A DNA stretch of 57,474 nt, filler included, from Asterionella formosa (Eukaryota), in the NCBI GenBank assembly GCA_002256025.1. It is 6 parts of 6 records of this genome, joined end to end, with 100 filler letters (N's around TTAATTAATTAA, not from the genome) between each part and the next. Parts side by side here need not be neighbours in the genome. Positions count along the whole stretch, not along the records: positions 28,836 to 38,322 come from NKIB01010604.1; positions 38,423 to 47,904 come from NKIB01010609.1; 4 more parts are not named here. One strand, 5' to 3'. The stretch's first letter is position 1. Each line of letters opens with the position of its first letter. The translations under genes were made by a program, and so were the position numbers. Below the pieces are notes generated by a model that searched no databases, was not told the DNA's origin, and saw nothing but the letters and a program-made list of their open reading frames with translations. Below, piece by piece: positions 34,276 to 46,540 of this stretch.

Positions 34276-36108
34276 CAATACTGACTAAGCATAGACTGGG
34301 CCAGCTTTTTCTGAAGTACAATTTACACAAATTCAGTACAAAATGAATGTCGACGAGGAGGACCATCCGTGGCAGTTTTCTTAAGAATGAAAAGCAGCTG
34401 CTGGAATGTAAGGAACAAAAAATCACATTCATGGTAAAATGAATTTTTGATATTGTTTTTGTTGTTGTTCTTGTCTTCTTTTCTGCTATCATGGTTGTGT
34501 TCTTGTTGTCATTATCGCTATCCCTGTTGTTTCTGCTGTCATTTCTCTTGTTCTTATTGTTGGAACTAAGGCGCTGTCTATTGTTTCGTTGTGTACTGAG
34601 GATGTATAGTACCCTTCTCTTCCTTGGTATTCTTTGCCCTGTGTTCGATCTTGAACATGCATTGTTTGAAATGGAATGTAAAAAGGTCTTGTTTGTTAAT
34701 AACCAGCCATCATCTGACTCTGTGAATCTCGTTCTTCGCTTCCAGATAACAAGGACTCTGTTGTGGGCCGGTTCCTCTGGAAGAAACAGGCAGGCATTTT
34801 TTGTTTCTCTTTTTGTCATCACAGAAAGGATGCATCTGAAAGTTCGAGAAATACATGGTAAGCAGTAAATATTTTGAGAAATGGAAACAGGATGTGTTAT
34901 ATTATTTTTGTTCTTTTTGTTGTTGCTCTGCACCGTCGTTTTCTTCGTATTGTGTTCGGAACTATATTTGACTGTTGTTGTAGTTCCTTTACCTCCATTT
35001 CGTTCTTCTTCTTGCTTGTGCTGTTTGAAATTGAAACAGTGGTCAGTCATGAACGTATTCTGCGAAACTTGTTCTTTTTCTACAGACAATCAATCTGTTT
35101 TTGGCAGGGCAGGGTTGAACCTTGGGAATATTGAAATGCGTCATGCTCTGTGTCAGACAGGGTATCAATCATTTGTTATTCGCATTATTGAAAGGATTCC
35201 TCTGGGGCAAAGGGGACGAATATATACGTGAAAAGCAAGTGAAATGTTTTCTTGCCTTCTGCTGATATTGTTTGCCGTTGCTTGTTGTGGATCTCCTGTC
35301 CTATTCTCCTTTGTTCGGCGTTCGGAATTGTTAGCGCTTGAATTAGAAGAAGGGCTTGATTGTGTACCTTTTACTTGTTGATCACGAACTTACTGGCATG
35401 GTAAACACAACGAAAACGATGCCTTTGTACTATCAATTGTTTTTTCATGAACTCACTTTGCAACTTTTGTTCACTGATCGCAGACAATCAATTTGATGAG
35501 GGCTGGGTTGGCCATTTTGGAACATGGTAAGGAGCACAACTGAACCGAAATCATGACTTCGCAGCTTTTGTTTTCTCATCAACTCACTCTGCAAACGTTG
35601 CCCTCTTTCTACAACAGACAATCAATCTGAGCAATGAGAATGAGCAGCCGGCTCATTTGCTATGAATTGATCTACCGGTATTAGTAACAGGGACTCCTGC
35701 AAGTATGAGTAGCCAAGCAATCTTGTGATTAGTTACAGCATTCAGCTGCAAGAATGAACATGTATTCCTTGTCTTATTGGTTTGAGAATGGCGTTCTATA
35801 GAAAGCATCAATATGAACTATATATGCATAGCGAAGCGATTGTTAATTTAATTGACTTTGGGATTGTAGAATTGAATTGAAATGTTGATTGGTTACACAT
35901 AATTATTTGCTTGACTAGTACTAGCATTTATATTTGCTTATCCTTGAGTTATTAATGTGATCAAAGTAAAGATATAATGGGAGCGTACAAACAGAATTAA
36001 TGGTAGTCAGAGTGAAGAATATTTGTGAACGGAACAAATGTTGCGAATTGTAGAGAAAAGTAGCGTATTATAGAGATTATTACTTAAAAAAAATTCTCCA
36101 CATCGCCA

Positions 36109-36965
36109 GGAAGGTCTGGTAATCAATGCACATAGAGTGCAAGTGGCTCGTTTTCTGTTCATCGATTCACATATGAGAAAAGGCAGGGGTAACCCCCCCC
36201 CCCCAAATTGTCGAACCCCTAAATTTTGCACTACTTGTCCGTTATTCTTTAAATAGTTGTTTGCATAGACGTTAAGCCCTTAGTCGTTTTATTGTCAAAA
36301 TGAACTTAAAGTCAGTAGTTAGTAAGTTGAAGTCAGCAGTCAGCGATTTTTTCAAAATTTTAGCAAATCAAGTCAGCATTCAGCGAAATGAAGTCCGCAG
36401 TCAGTAGTCAGCAAGTTGAAGTCAGTATTTTTACTATAGTACATCATGGTAGCAATATGAAGAAGTAGATTAATAGCAAAGATTTTTTCAGGCATCTACC
36501 AGTATGTCTATTTCACAGTTTTTATCATGTACGGAGTACCAGGTACCTGTGTTACTCCCTGTACCAAATAGTATGAACATAGAAGGCATCGCGTTTAGTA
36601 TCCCAATAACGGAAAGATGTGTTTCCATTGTTATTTAAAAATGAAAAGTAAACACGATTCATACACTGGTACTGGTAGTTGGTCTCTTCCTGTGTACAAA
36701 GTAGGTTTCTTGACGTCAGTATGTTGAAGTTAGCAGTCAGCAAATGAAGTCATCAGTCAGCGAAAAATTTCAAATTTTCAGCAAGTCAAGTCAGCAGTTA
36801 GCAACAGAAATTTTATAACGGTTACAGGTAATACAAAGAAATGGAAAAATTTTGAGATTGTTCATCATTTCGGAATTGGTGAGCTGGTCAGACTTCCAAT
36901 GAAGTAGGTTGAAACCGCTATGTGGTATTTTTAGTGCGCGCAATGTGCTGATTACCAGACCTTCC
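36109..36965. mobile_element. MITE-like element (~860 bp) with 17-bp TIR and internal subrepeats
   Basis: ggaaggtctggtaatca (36109-36125) and tgattaccagaccttcc (36949-36965). Internal gtcagcagtcagc-type repeats at 36310-36430 and 36715-36800. No TSD seen. Confidence 0.6.
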
Positions 36966-38171
36966 AGAAAATATTGTGAGTTGGCCACAAAAACTATGTG
37001 TGTTTCTAAAATAATTATGGAAGTTTTCGAAACTATTTTAGTTCACTCCGTTCATATATATTGTATGATGTATCATATTTTTTATGTGATGTCATACCCT
37101 TAAATTATTTACATAGCTAAATTCGTCATATTGGGCCACCCAAATAATTTAATTTGGGTGATCATATTTGACTAGTGTTTTTTCTTGTAGCTTTACCAGA
37201 AATCGGCGTTGCAAATGGATGCCAAGCATGTTGTGTTGAATAACAATCTGAGCATATTGAAGTGCTTCTGTCTCCTTCTTGATGTTGGAAGCTCGACCTT
37301 TTCTTGAATTTGGCATGGTGGTGCTGGTTTGCATGATAGCTGTGTGCTGTTTTTCATATCTAGTGGACTGACGGATACATACATATCAAAATCCTCAATC
37401 AGATATAGGTGTGCCATTATCATTTGCCATCTCTGTACAATTCAATTCCAAAACAAAATCTATATTGCTGTAAATGTGGTTAACGTTCAGACACAAATTA
37501 AATCAATATCGAAATATTTGTATACATTGTTGTATTATATGACGATGAGAACTCCAAACTTACCCTAATCCGTGTTCCCTATTTCCAGCAATCTTTAGAG
37601 ATGAACAACTGACTCCAAATCTCAAACTGAATACATAGCTGACAAGCCACATGCTCAAGAAGGAGCCAGAACTCTCAGAATTTACCTTTACTTAAGTTTT
37701 GATGGCAACGCACACGTGTTATTCTGGGTCACGGCAGTTCAAAAATATTCTCGATGGTCATGGCAGTTCTTCACTTGTACCTGGTACCTTGCCTTCCAAG
37801 TTGCGGTGAAACAGAAATTTAGCTTTGTTTTCCTCGAAGTCAAAAACTTCTCTACCCTACCGGTTTAGCACGACCGGTACCTGTTACGGTACCAGGATAC
37901 CCTTTCCATCTACCGGCGGTACCTGGTACCTGGTACCCCGGTACTCACACCTCGTCGCCACACACCAACCATCATCGACTTTCGAGAAACATCCATGGCG
38001 ACGATGCATGACCCTATGTATACATACAACATATATGTATACCGTTGTTTATTATTACCACACGTGTCCCCTATACCAGAAGAATGTGAGGACACTTCAA
38101 TGCATGAATAATTGCTGCATTGGATTGCTCCTTCTGCATTCTTCTATCCATATCCTATTAGCTATTTCACC

Positions 38172-38258
38172 ATGAAGTTCCCCACCCTTGCTACTCTTGC
38201 CTTGATCGCCGCCCCTGTGGTTGCCGAGATTTATCTCAAGGAACAATTCAATGATGAG
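38172..38258 (+). CDS. CRT: Calreticulin, exon 1 (rest cut off by scaffold end)
   Basis: MKFPTLATLALIAAPVVA|EIYLKEQFNDE is a signal peptide plus the typical calreticulin mature N-terminus. Followed by a GT donor (38259) and an AG acceptor (38309). Absent from the ORF track. Confidence 0.7.
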
Positions 38259-38322
38259 GTGCGTTTTTAGTGTCATAACTAAGTTGGAGACCTTTCCATA
38301 TTCATGTAGGGGCTGGTAATGA

Positions 38323-38422
38323 NNNNNNNNNNNNNNNNNNNNNNNNNNNNNNNNNNNNNNNNNNNNTTAATTAATTAANNNNNNNNNNNNNNNNNNNNNN
38401 NNNNNNNNNNNNNNNNNNNNNN
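38323..38422. other. Artificial scaffold spacer
   Basis: N run with TTAATTAATTAA. Confidence 0.97.
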
Positions 38423-38647
38423 CAAGAGGCAGGAGGTTTAGCTAATTGAAATTGTTATTTACATGTATATACTGCCTATAACTAACTTTACTGGAAGTCA
38501 TTGACCTTGACAGCCTCTACAATAGCCTTGGCGCCGACAACATTAATTGAAGTCTTTGGCACATCAAGCGATGTACCAGTACCCACATTGATACACCGCA
38601 AGAAATGTTTGTGTTGATTGGCCGAACTATGTATATACCGGTATATC

Positions 38648-38751
38648 GGTACCTGGTACCTGGTACCTGGTACCTGGTACCTGGTACCTGGTACCTGGTA
38701 CCTGGTACCTGGTACCTGGTACCTGGTACCTGGTACCTGGTACCTGGTACC
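38648..38751. repeat. (GGTACCT)n heptamer array, ~15 perfect units
   Basis: Read directly. Degenerate units continue to ~38890. Confidence 0.97.
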
Positions 38752-39049
38752 AGAGTACCGTATAGATATTTTTTGTATCAATGTATGATATACTGTACCA
38801 GGTACCTGGCACTGTAGTAGACGTCACCAGGTACCGTATTCCTCCTCCTACCTGGTACCAGTACCGCTACTACCGGTATACCGGTATGTACTAAATTTTG
38901 GTACTGATTCATGAGGATCGACAAAATTTCCGGCATTTTCCATCTAAAAATTCTATGACAAGTCGTAGAGAAAAGAAGTTTAATCACAAAAACGAGAACA
39001 AAAAATCAAACATGCCTTATGATGCTAAGTGTCCTTTCATAAATCAACA

Positions 39050-40516
39050 ATGAATATCGCCCCTAATTTTGTCGCCCCTACCCACAATGAAGCTCCAATT
39101 ACGAGTGAGCATGGCGAACGAGCAGAGTACCATAGGAATGGATTCTGTCCTTATCATCCAGACATTCAACTTCGCAAAATGACGAGATTTCGAGGTTGGA
39201 AGACTTTGCGAGACAGCTGCCCTAAATGCGATCGCATGAATAGTACCCAAGGGCCTACTTCTCCAGCGACTCCAATGCCTCAGCAGTCTCCTTCTTTGCC
39301 AGCAACACAATCTCAGCCTTCAACCCAAATTCCAACCACTTCAATTTCGTCTCCGATTGCTGAAACTCTTTCAAAGATGAGATTGAATGAACGGAATGCT
39401 AACATTCAAGAAGAAGGTCTCATGGAGCTTGCGAACTTGGCTGCGAATGATGAAAACCACAGGGTTACGATTGCTGAGGAAGGAGGTATTACTACGATTC
39501 TGTCTGCGATGCAGGCTCATTCCTCCAATGCTACTGTGCAAGAGAATGGTTGTGGAGCACTTTGGAACTTGGCTGTGAATGACAGCAACAGGCTAGCGAT
39601 TGTTGCAAAACGAGGTTTCACTACGATTCTGTCTGCAATAGAGACTCATTCCTCAAATGCTACTGTGCAAGAAAAAGGTTGTGCAGCACTTGAGAACTTG
39701 GCTGTGAATGATGAAAACAAGGTGGCAATTGCTGACAAACGAGATATCAAAACAATTCTGACTGCTATGAAAAGATGTGTACATAATGCAAATGTTCAAC
39801 ACTATGGTTGCTTAGTACTTGGAAACTTGGCTGTGAATGAGGAGAACAGGTCTACAATTGGTGGAACAAATGGTATCACTACAATTCTGTCTGCTATGAA
39901 GAATCATTCAGACAATGCTACTGTTCAACACTATGCTTGCTTAGCACTTGGGAACTTGGCAGTGAATGTTAACACCACGATGTCGTTTGAGGGAACAGAA
40001 GGTATCTCTTTGATTCTGTCTGCTATGAAGAATCATTTCGACAATGATAAGGTTCAACGCTTTGGTTGTTTGGTACTTGGAGACTTGGCTGTGAATAATG
40101 TCTACAGTTCTACAATTCGTAAAAAAGGAGGTATCGCTAGAATTCAGTTTGCTATTAAGAAGCATCCTGTTGATCCTAATGTGCAAGGAAATGGTAGGAA
40201 AGCTCTTTTGATCTTGAATCCTGGCTACAGTACAGGTGTTGTAACAACGGCAGTTGCAATGATTATTCTAATCGCAGTGATTCTTGCAATTATACTGTTT
40301 TTTGGAATTGCAAAAAGTCTTTTATGCACAATCCTTGATTTGTTGAGCTCACAGGAATCACGGCCAGTCATTCCTGCCCCATTTGTTACTGGTAGACGAA
40401 CACTTTTGTTGCCACGCATATCGAAAATTTGTTGTGTGAATTATTCTAATCGCAGTGATTCTTGGAATTATACTGTTTCTTGGAATTGCAACAAGTCTTT
40501 TGTGCACAATCCTTGA
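39050..40516 (+). CDS. Armadillo-repeat protein with N-terminal CxxH…CxxC motif and C-terminal TM helix
   Basis: Six to seven ~43-aa repeats (GITTILSAM..H..NATVQ..GC.AL.NLAVN). N-terminal GFCPYHP…GWK…CPKC. Hydrophobic segment AVAMIILIAVILAIILFFGI. The true 3' end is uncertain because of a tandem duplication. Confidence 0.85.
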   Translation: MNIAPNFVAPTHNEAPITSEHGERAEYHRNGFCPYHPDIQLRKMTRFRGWKTLRDSCPKCDRMNSTQGPTSPATPMPQQSPSLPATQSQPSTQIPTTSISSPIAETLSKMRLNERNANIQEEGLMELANLAANDENHRVTIAEEGGITTILSAMQAHSSNATVQENGCGALWNLAVNDSNRLAIVAKRGFTTILSAIETHSSNATVQEKGCAALENLAVNDENKVAIADKRDIKTILTAMKRCVHNANVQHYGCLVLGNLAVNEENRSTIGGTNGITTILSAMKNHSDNATVQHYACLALGNLAVNVNTTMSFEGTEGISLILSAMKNHFDNDKVQRFGCLVLGDLAVNNVYSSTIRKKGGIARIQFAIKKHPVDPNVQGNGRKALLILNPGYSTGVVTTAVAMIILIAVILAIILFFGIAKSLLCTILDLLSSQESRPVIPAPFVTGRRTLLLPRISKICCVNYSNRSDSWNYTVSWNCNKSFVHNP

Positions 40517-40618
40517 TTTTTTGAGTATACAAAAATTACGGCCAGTCATTCCTGTCCTATTTGTTACTGGCAGATGAATAGTTTTGTTGCCACCCACATC
40601 GAAAATTTGTAGTGTGAA
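40263..40618. repeat. 178-bp tandem duplication over the ARM gene 3' end
   Basis: ttattctaatcgcagtgattcttg… begins at 40263 and again at 40441. Confidence 0.9.
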
Positions 40619-41346
40619 GTAAGAATTTTCTTTTTTGTGTAAGTGATCATGCTGTGCTGGACAATACAGAGTCGTGAAATTATCACTCCACCATAGTAGT
40701 AAAAATGGAGGTATACCACTACATACAGTACAGGCGCCACTACTAGTAGTAAAGAGCAACATCAATGTTTTCCTAACATCTATGATATGGTTTGTGCATT
40801 GTAGAAGTCTCACACTAACCATATTAATTATGTAACTACTAAGCATGCATTGGATTCTATAAGAACCATTCAAAATCAACATTGTCATCAATGTCCCATT
40901 GATTAATGCGTTTATTGTAATCAATATTCTTCTCAGGAACATTTGGTTGAAGTGGTTCAACATATTGATGCATATCCTCTTCACTTACTTTGGGAAATGA
41001 GAAGTATGAGTGTGGGTAGATGATATTTGTTGTGGGAGTAGCAATTCCATTAGGATTCCTTCCATATTAAGATCGATTATTTTGTGAAAGTCCAGTGTAG
41101 ATTTCCTTATGTGATGATTTGCAAAATCCACATCACATACTAGTCATCAATGTAACCACAATGCGTCAGATGCAACATACTGAAACTGAAAACCAGAGTA
41201 CTGAAAACGGCGCTTCCAGGTGCTTCAACAACACTACAACAAAGAAAAATAAGTAATCTCATCATGCCTTTTTCACTCCACATCGACGCCATGAGAAACG
41301 ACCAAATCATCTGGCACTCGGAAATTCTGTGCTGGAATCCACATTA

Positions 41347-41530
41347 CAGACACTGGACACAGCAGGAAAATCTCAGTTTAGAAATTTAAATGGAAAAGAA
41401 ACCCATGTCATGACCACTGATCAATCATCAGATGACGGCAGACACTGGACACAGCAGGAAAAACTCAGTTTAGAAATTTAAATGGAAAAGAAACCCATGT
41501 CATGACCACTGATCAATCATCAGATGACGG
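41347..41530. repeat. 92-bp near-perfect tandem duplication
   Basis: cagacactggacacagcaggaaaa…catcagatgacgg at 41347 and 41439. Confidence 0.9.
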
Positions 41531-41849
41531 CGAACCTGGTTGGCAGACAGTTTTTCCCTGGACAAGACGTGCTAAGGTAACCCAGTTAGCTCGCATTCAA
41601 CCACCAATTTAGCCAAACAAAGGAATGGCTAAAAATGCTGCATTGCTTCCTGGATCCATAACATCCAGGAAAAACACGGCAATCTCGAAATTATCCATAC
41701 TACTTAAGAACCCTAAGCCAAGCTCACTCATTAAAACAGGAACAGGTACAAAACGCCCAATGTTGTCGCCAGATAGACAAACAGATGATCCAAGATTAAC
41801 TCTGATGCCAGCAAGCCCAACACAGCACAGTTCACCAGATGGAAAACCG

Positions 41850-42000
41850 TAGTACCACCATAACAGTACATTGCAGCCTCTACAGAGCAGCAACAGAAAA
41901 TAATAGGGAAAAACATAGTACCACCATAACCGTACATTGCAGCCTCTACAGAGCTGCGACAGAAAATAATAGGGAAAAACATAGTACCACCGTAACCGTA
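41850..42000. repeat. 66-bp tandem repeat, ~2.3 copies
   Basis: tagtaccacc… at 41850, 41916 and 41982. Confidence 0.9.
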
Positions 42001-42207
42001 GGTGCTCCTTAAAGGTGCTGATAAAAGACGTAGAATTCATAAAAGCAATATTATGATACCTACCGGGTAGGTATGCCATGCATCAACACATCACGAGCAT
42101 TGATTGTCTCCAATAGTACTTAGAAGTGCTGTCACTAATAGCAGATCACAATGATTTTGTTGTTTTAACAAACAACGTATTAACTTAACTTTTGCCAAAC
42201 CACCACC

Positions 42208-43300
42208 ATGTGGGCTAATCGACACAATTCTGCATCATTGTCTGATACAGACTCCATACCAGACAATCCTGCATCGGATGGATACGACGATTATCAACTT
42301 GAGGAGTATAATGAAGAAGAAAAGAGAGTCAAAGGAGATGGGAGGTTGACGGCTGAACAAGAAAGAGATAAACTCCAAATTCTATTGTCTGAGAGTACAC
42401 AGGAAATCAAGCGCCTACAAGAATTAGCAGCTAAAAAACAACCGTTTAACAATTGGAGTAGTAGGTGGAATTGGCCGGTGCAAACATTGGACAAACCTTC
42501 TGGCTAGCTGGGTCAGAGAGGAATTGTTTCCAAAAGTTAAATTTGTCACAGGTGGTTATGATTTGGAAATTAGGGAACCCGACAGCAGTGCTGGTGCTGT
42601 TTGTTATCATTTCCCATCACTCAGAAATGGTACTGACGAAGAGTTTGAATCGTTTTGGTTCACATATAAGTGTGACATCAACAAAATTATGTCTGAAAAA
42701 AAGAATGCTGTTTCAACATCAATCAGAAAGGGTTTCAAAAGTAAGTTCAAAATGAGTTGTCGTGCTTGCTGTTGGCTTGCTTTTCCAAACAATACTTAAA
42801 TATAAAAACAGGAATGGCTGAGGATGGAAAGTTACAGTTCCTTTCCCGGAATACAATTGTTCAGTCCAGGACAGAACCACCAGATGTTGGTAAAGTTGAA
42901 GAGCACCCCTTCATTATTCTAGTGAATTACATTTTTTCTCGGGTAGTGAAGTATAGTGATTATGCTAGCCAAAAACACACACAAAATATGGCCTCCATCA
43001 TGACTGTATCGGTTGAAGCATATGCCTTGCTTGACTTAGAAAATAGTTGGGATGTATGGACCAAGAACTATACAACTGGGGATAGTGGTAATGAAATTGC
43101 TGGCAGTGATGGTGGTTCAGGTGTTTTGTGTGAAATGCCTCTATACAAACCATGGAGGAGTTGGCAAACGGTATGGAGGGTGGCAAAGGGTTATGCAAGG
43201 TTCAATACAATTTTTGATCAAGTCGAGCACCTACGTGAGTCTGCAAACAGCATTGCTTTGTAGTCTATGTTCATGAATATGCAAAAGAAGGATACCAATG
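42208..43300 (+). pseudogene. Disrupted gene, probably a DNA-transposon accessory ORF
   Basis: Fragments MFPKVKFV…FW…KKNAVSTSIRKGF, intron-like gtaag at ~42741, then MTVSVEAYALLDLENSWDVW…YGGW…GYARFN. I associate this pattern with TE accessory proteins (inference). Frameshifted. Confidence 0.45.
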
Positions 43301-43413
43301 TGACCAAAATGGAAGGTAACAAATGAATTGTTATTATTAATATTAGTATTATTCTCATTTACTAGCTAACACTAATGTAATCACAATTCTAATGTGGGTA
43401 AGTTCTCGCGTAT

Positions 43414-44189
43414 ATGCCACCAGTGATTAGGGTACGAAACGACCTGGGGAAGGCAAAAACTCCAAGTACCGCTAGTATCCCTCCCACAGCCTCTTCAATG
43501 AGCGATCTTTCGGGCACTTCACCAGCAACTGAAAGAAACAGCACCCCCTTAAGAAATCCAATTCGTGTTGATGTTTCTTTCCCACATCCACCCAATGTGG
43601 CCTCGCTACCAACAATGGAAGGAAATGTGACACCATCAGAAAATGAACTTAATGGAATGTCAGAAAGTTCTATTAAAAGCTTATCGAATCGCTCACAAAG
43701 TTCGACTAAAACACCCACTACTTTGAACCAGGTGCGCAAGTTAACTGGAAATCATCGTTGGACAAGGATTTCATGAATTGTAAACGCCAAGGACTGGCTA
43801 TTCTGGTTATGGAAGCCATGACAAAACGTATGGAATGTCATAACCTGACAGTTCCCAAAGAACACCAAGAGATGTTAAAGGCAAACAACAACTATAAAGC
43901 ATTCTACCAGATGACTATGGAGGATCTCCATGACAGTGACATTCCTGAGTATAGGCGACTCGATAAAAAAAGATTCAAGAAATATTTCATTGAGTGCTAT
44001 GCTGAGACATCGGGCAATTTCTCTGTTTTCAATATAAGGGAACAAGCTTGCCATACTGAGGAGCTGAACAGAAGATATGCTGCTGCAAGAGAAGAAAATG
44101 TTCATCTACCTTATGAGCATAACCTTACTACGGGTAGTAGTGTTTGGAGAAATATGATGCAGTTTGAAGGAGAAATGGAAGAGATCTAA
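43414..44189 (+). pseudogene. Hypothetical gene split by a frameshift
   Basis: Overlapping co-oriented ORFs 43414-43776 and 43758-44189. Confidence 0.4.
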
Positions 44190-45749
44190 CCGTAACACCT
44201 ATACCTAGCTGTTAGTAAATGATAACTAATTTCGTATCTATGAAACAATGCATTTGCAGAGGATGTTATTTCTATTTATCTCCAACGTCTGCGCGTCCTG
44301 TCAATATCTACTCATTACCTCAATCGTTTCGACTGGTGGCATTGAGTAAAACATTTGCGAGAATGAATGGATCGATGGGATATTGATCACAAACAGGAAG
44401 AAACATAGTTTTTCGAGAGCGGTACTAGCTAGTACTTTACTAGTACATCTAGTAGTTGCTCGTTGCCTGTATTATTCTAGGCAAAATTTGATGAGCTTTC
44501 ACCTTTTATCACTTAATTGCATCATCAAATGAAAATCAAGGAGTGTCTACTACTGTACTGATGTGGTACATATATATAAAATACATATCATAAAAAGGCA
44601 CAATGGCTGATAGACAGCTAGTAGTAGGAGTAACAATATGCTATTCTAACAATTCACGCTTGTAGATACAGAATTTGGACTGGACGAAACATTTAGCAAG
44701 ACTGCGCCGGTGTTTTTCTGGTAGAAAGTACGTTGTTGTGATACAACGAGAGAATCCAGGCTGCGCCAGGAGTTTTGCCACGCAGCAGGAGGGTACACAA
44801 ACACAAAAATTAGCATGGTGAAAAAGTAAGCAATCAATGCGGCCAACAGCCAATCACCCCCTACTGGCTCTTCAGCAGCTAGATTAACATGTTTTCTTGT
44901 GTACCTAAATGCTAGTATGGCTTGTCAGCTCACGCATTGTTGTTGATAACAGGCAAGGACAATGAGGTCCGGAATGAAAGTTGTTCTGGTAAGATTACTA
45001 CGCTATTTTGACGGCTATATGAGCAACGCTGCTGATAACTCACACTGATCTTCCTCTACATTCAATTGACATTTCAGCAAACCCTTTCAATTCAGGAGCA
45101 TTCGGATGAAATCCAGGATTGAGTATTGTTGCTTTCTGATTCTGTGTTAATGTCATATGATAACAGGGCTCCGTGAATCATGAGTTGTAAGTGTGCCTTG
45201 GCGTGCTGTTTGTCATGCTGCCAGCTGCTGCTGTATTTCTACTGAATTATTGAACGACTGGCACATAAAGATTCGCATAGTCGTAAAAAGGATAAGACAT
45301 TTTCAAGGCAAGCAAGACAATATAAATGTGCATACTTCTCAACTATTAGAGAAAGAAGTGACTCTACATACTGCCTTTGATTCAAATAGTTAAAATTACT
45401 ATGACTAGTCTAGGAGATGATTTAAATTCAAGGAAAAGGACAAGTGAACAAGAAGGAGAAGAAGGGAAAGAAGCAACTAGTAGACTATTATTGCTAGGGG
45501 GGAGTGATGAATCATCAGAACATAATTTGTTAGAGAGTTCGAATATGGGGCAAACTCAGAAGGCTACTGGTCCTATCAGCACATGGTATTGCAGCTCGAA
45601 GATTGCGTTGATGTTCTCAAAGTACTCTACCCTCAATTCGATTTCTTGTTTCTTTTCGATCATTCCTGTAGGCACAACTGTCAGAAAGAATATGGCTTAA
45701 ATGTGGAATGAATGACTAAGTCCTATGGAGGTGCCCAAAACGGTTGAGA

Positions 45750-46540
45750 AATATGGCGAACACATGGTTACCAGGGACCTCACTTACCTAAGCTGGAACC
45801 AGGACAAACTCAATCAATGCAATCGATGTCATTCAGAATAGATGACACCGGACCATTCTGGATGATTCAAGTTGAACGAGATCAAAAGCGCCATGACTTG
45901 GTACTGTCTAAGGCGCAAGAACACAACTTACCAATTGAAGAGACTAAAGCAAAAGTTATCGAAGGATGGGAAAATTAAAAAATTGAGATTGGAGACCTAC
46001 ACGTTGAATGGAAAGCAGGATGCATTTGGATTTGTGCAGAAAGACTTTTATTTGAAGTCGCTGAAGGGAAACTGTCTTGATTTCGAGGAAGAGGAGATAC
46101 TATTGCAGTTAATGGGAAGGGAAATGGGAGTACTTGTTGACCGAACGCCAAAATGTCACTTTGAACTTGCAGGAGAGGGAATCGAGTATTCTTGGGGTTG
46201 CGCCAAGAATTTTTACTTTCGGGTTTCTCTGAAGAGGAAAAAGGGTAAAGAGGACTTCAGGTCTGTGGTGCGAGAGAGCCTGTCAAAAGACAAAGTGTTA
46301 ACAACAAAAAGGATAAGACAGTTTTCGAGGCGAGCAAGACAATATATATTTTGTGCATAATTCAAGATTTGGAAAGATCTGGAAGAACAACAACATGACA
46401 GGATTGTCGCCGAAGTTGACACAAAAACACATGAACCGGACCCCATCAGTGTTGAGAAGCTTGTCAAACAATTCAAAATACACCGCTGTGCTCTCAGTTT
46501 CGACACAACGTTCTGCAAGGCAGCCTATGTCAACGATCTA
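45750..46540 (+). pseudogene. IS630/Tc1/mariner-superfamily transposase, C-terminal relic
   Basis: RTPKCHFELAGEGIEYSWGCAK fits the PKxHxEL…IE..WG..K box around the catalytic Glu, followed by FSRRARQY. The N-terminal part is missing or decayed. Confidence 0.7.

Noticed and set aside
38488..38600. LRR-like fragment (INVVGAKAIVEAVKVN) on the minus strand
   Set aside because: A single short repeat-like stretch at a scaffold edge; too little to call.
38488..38827. ORFs with YQVPGTR / YLVPGTW repeats (also 3893-4528)
   Set aside because: They are translations of the GGTACCT repeat, which has no stop codon in any frame.
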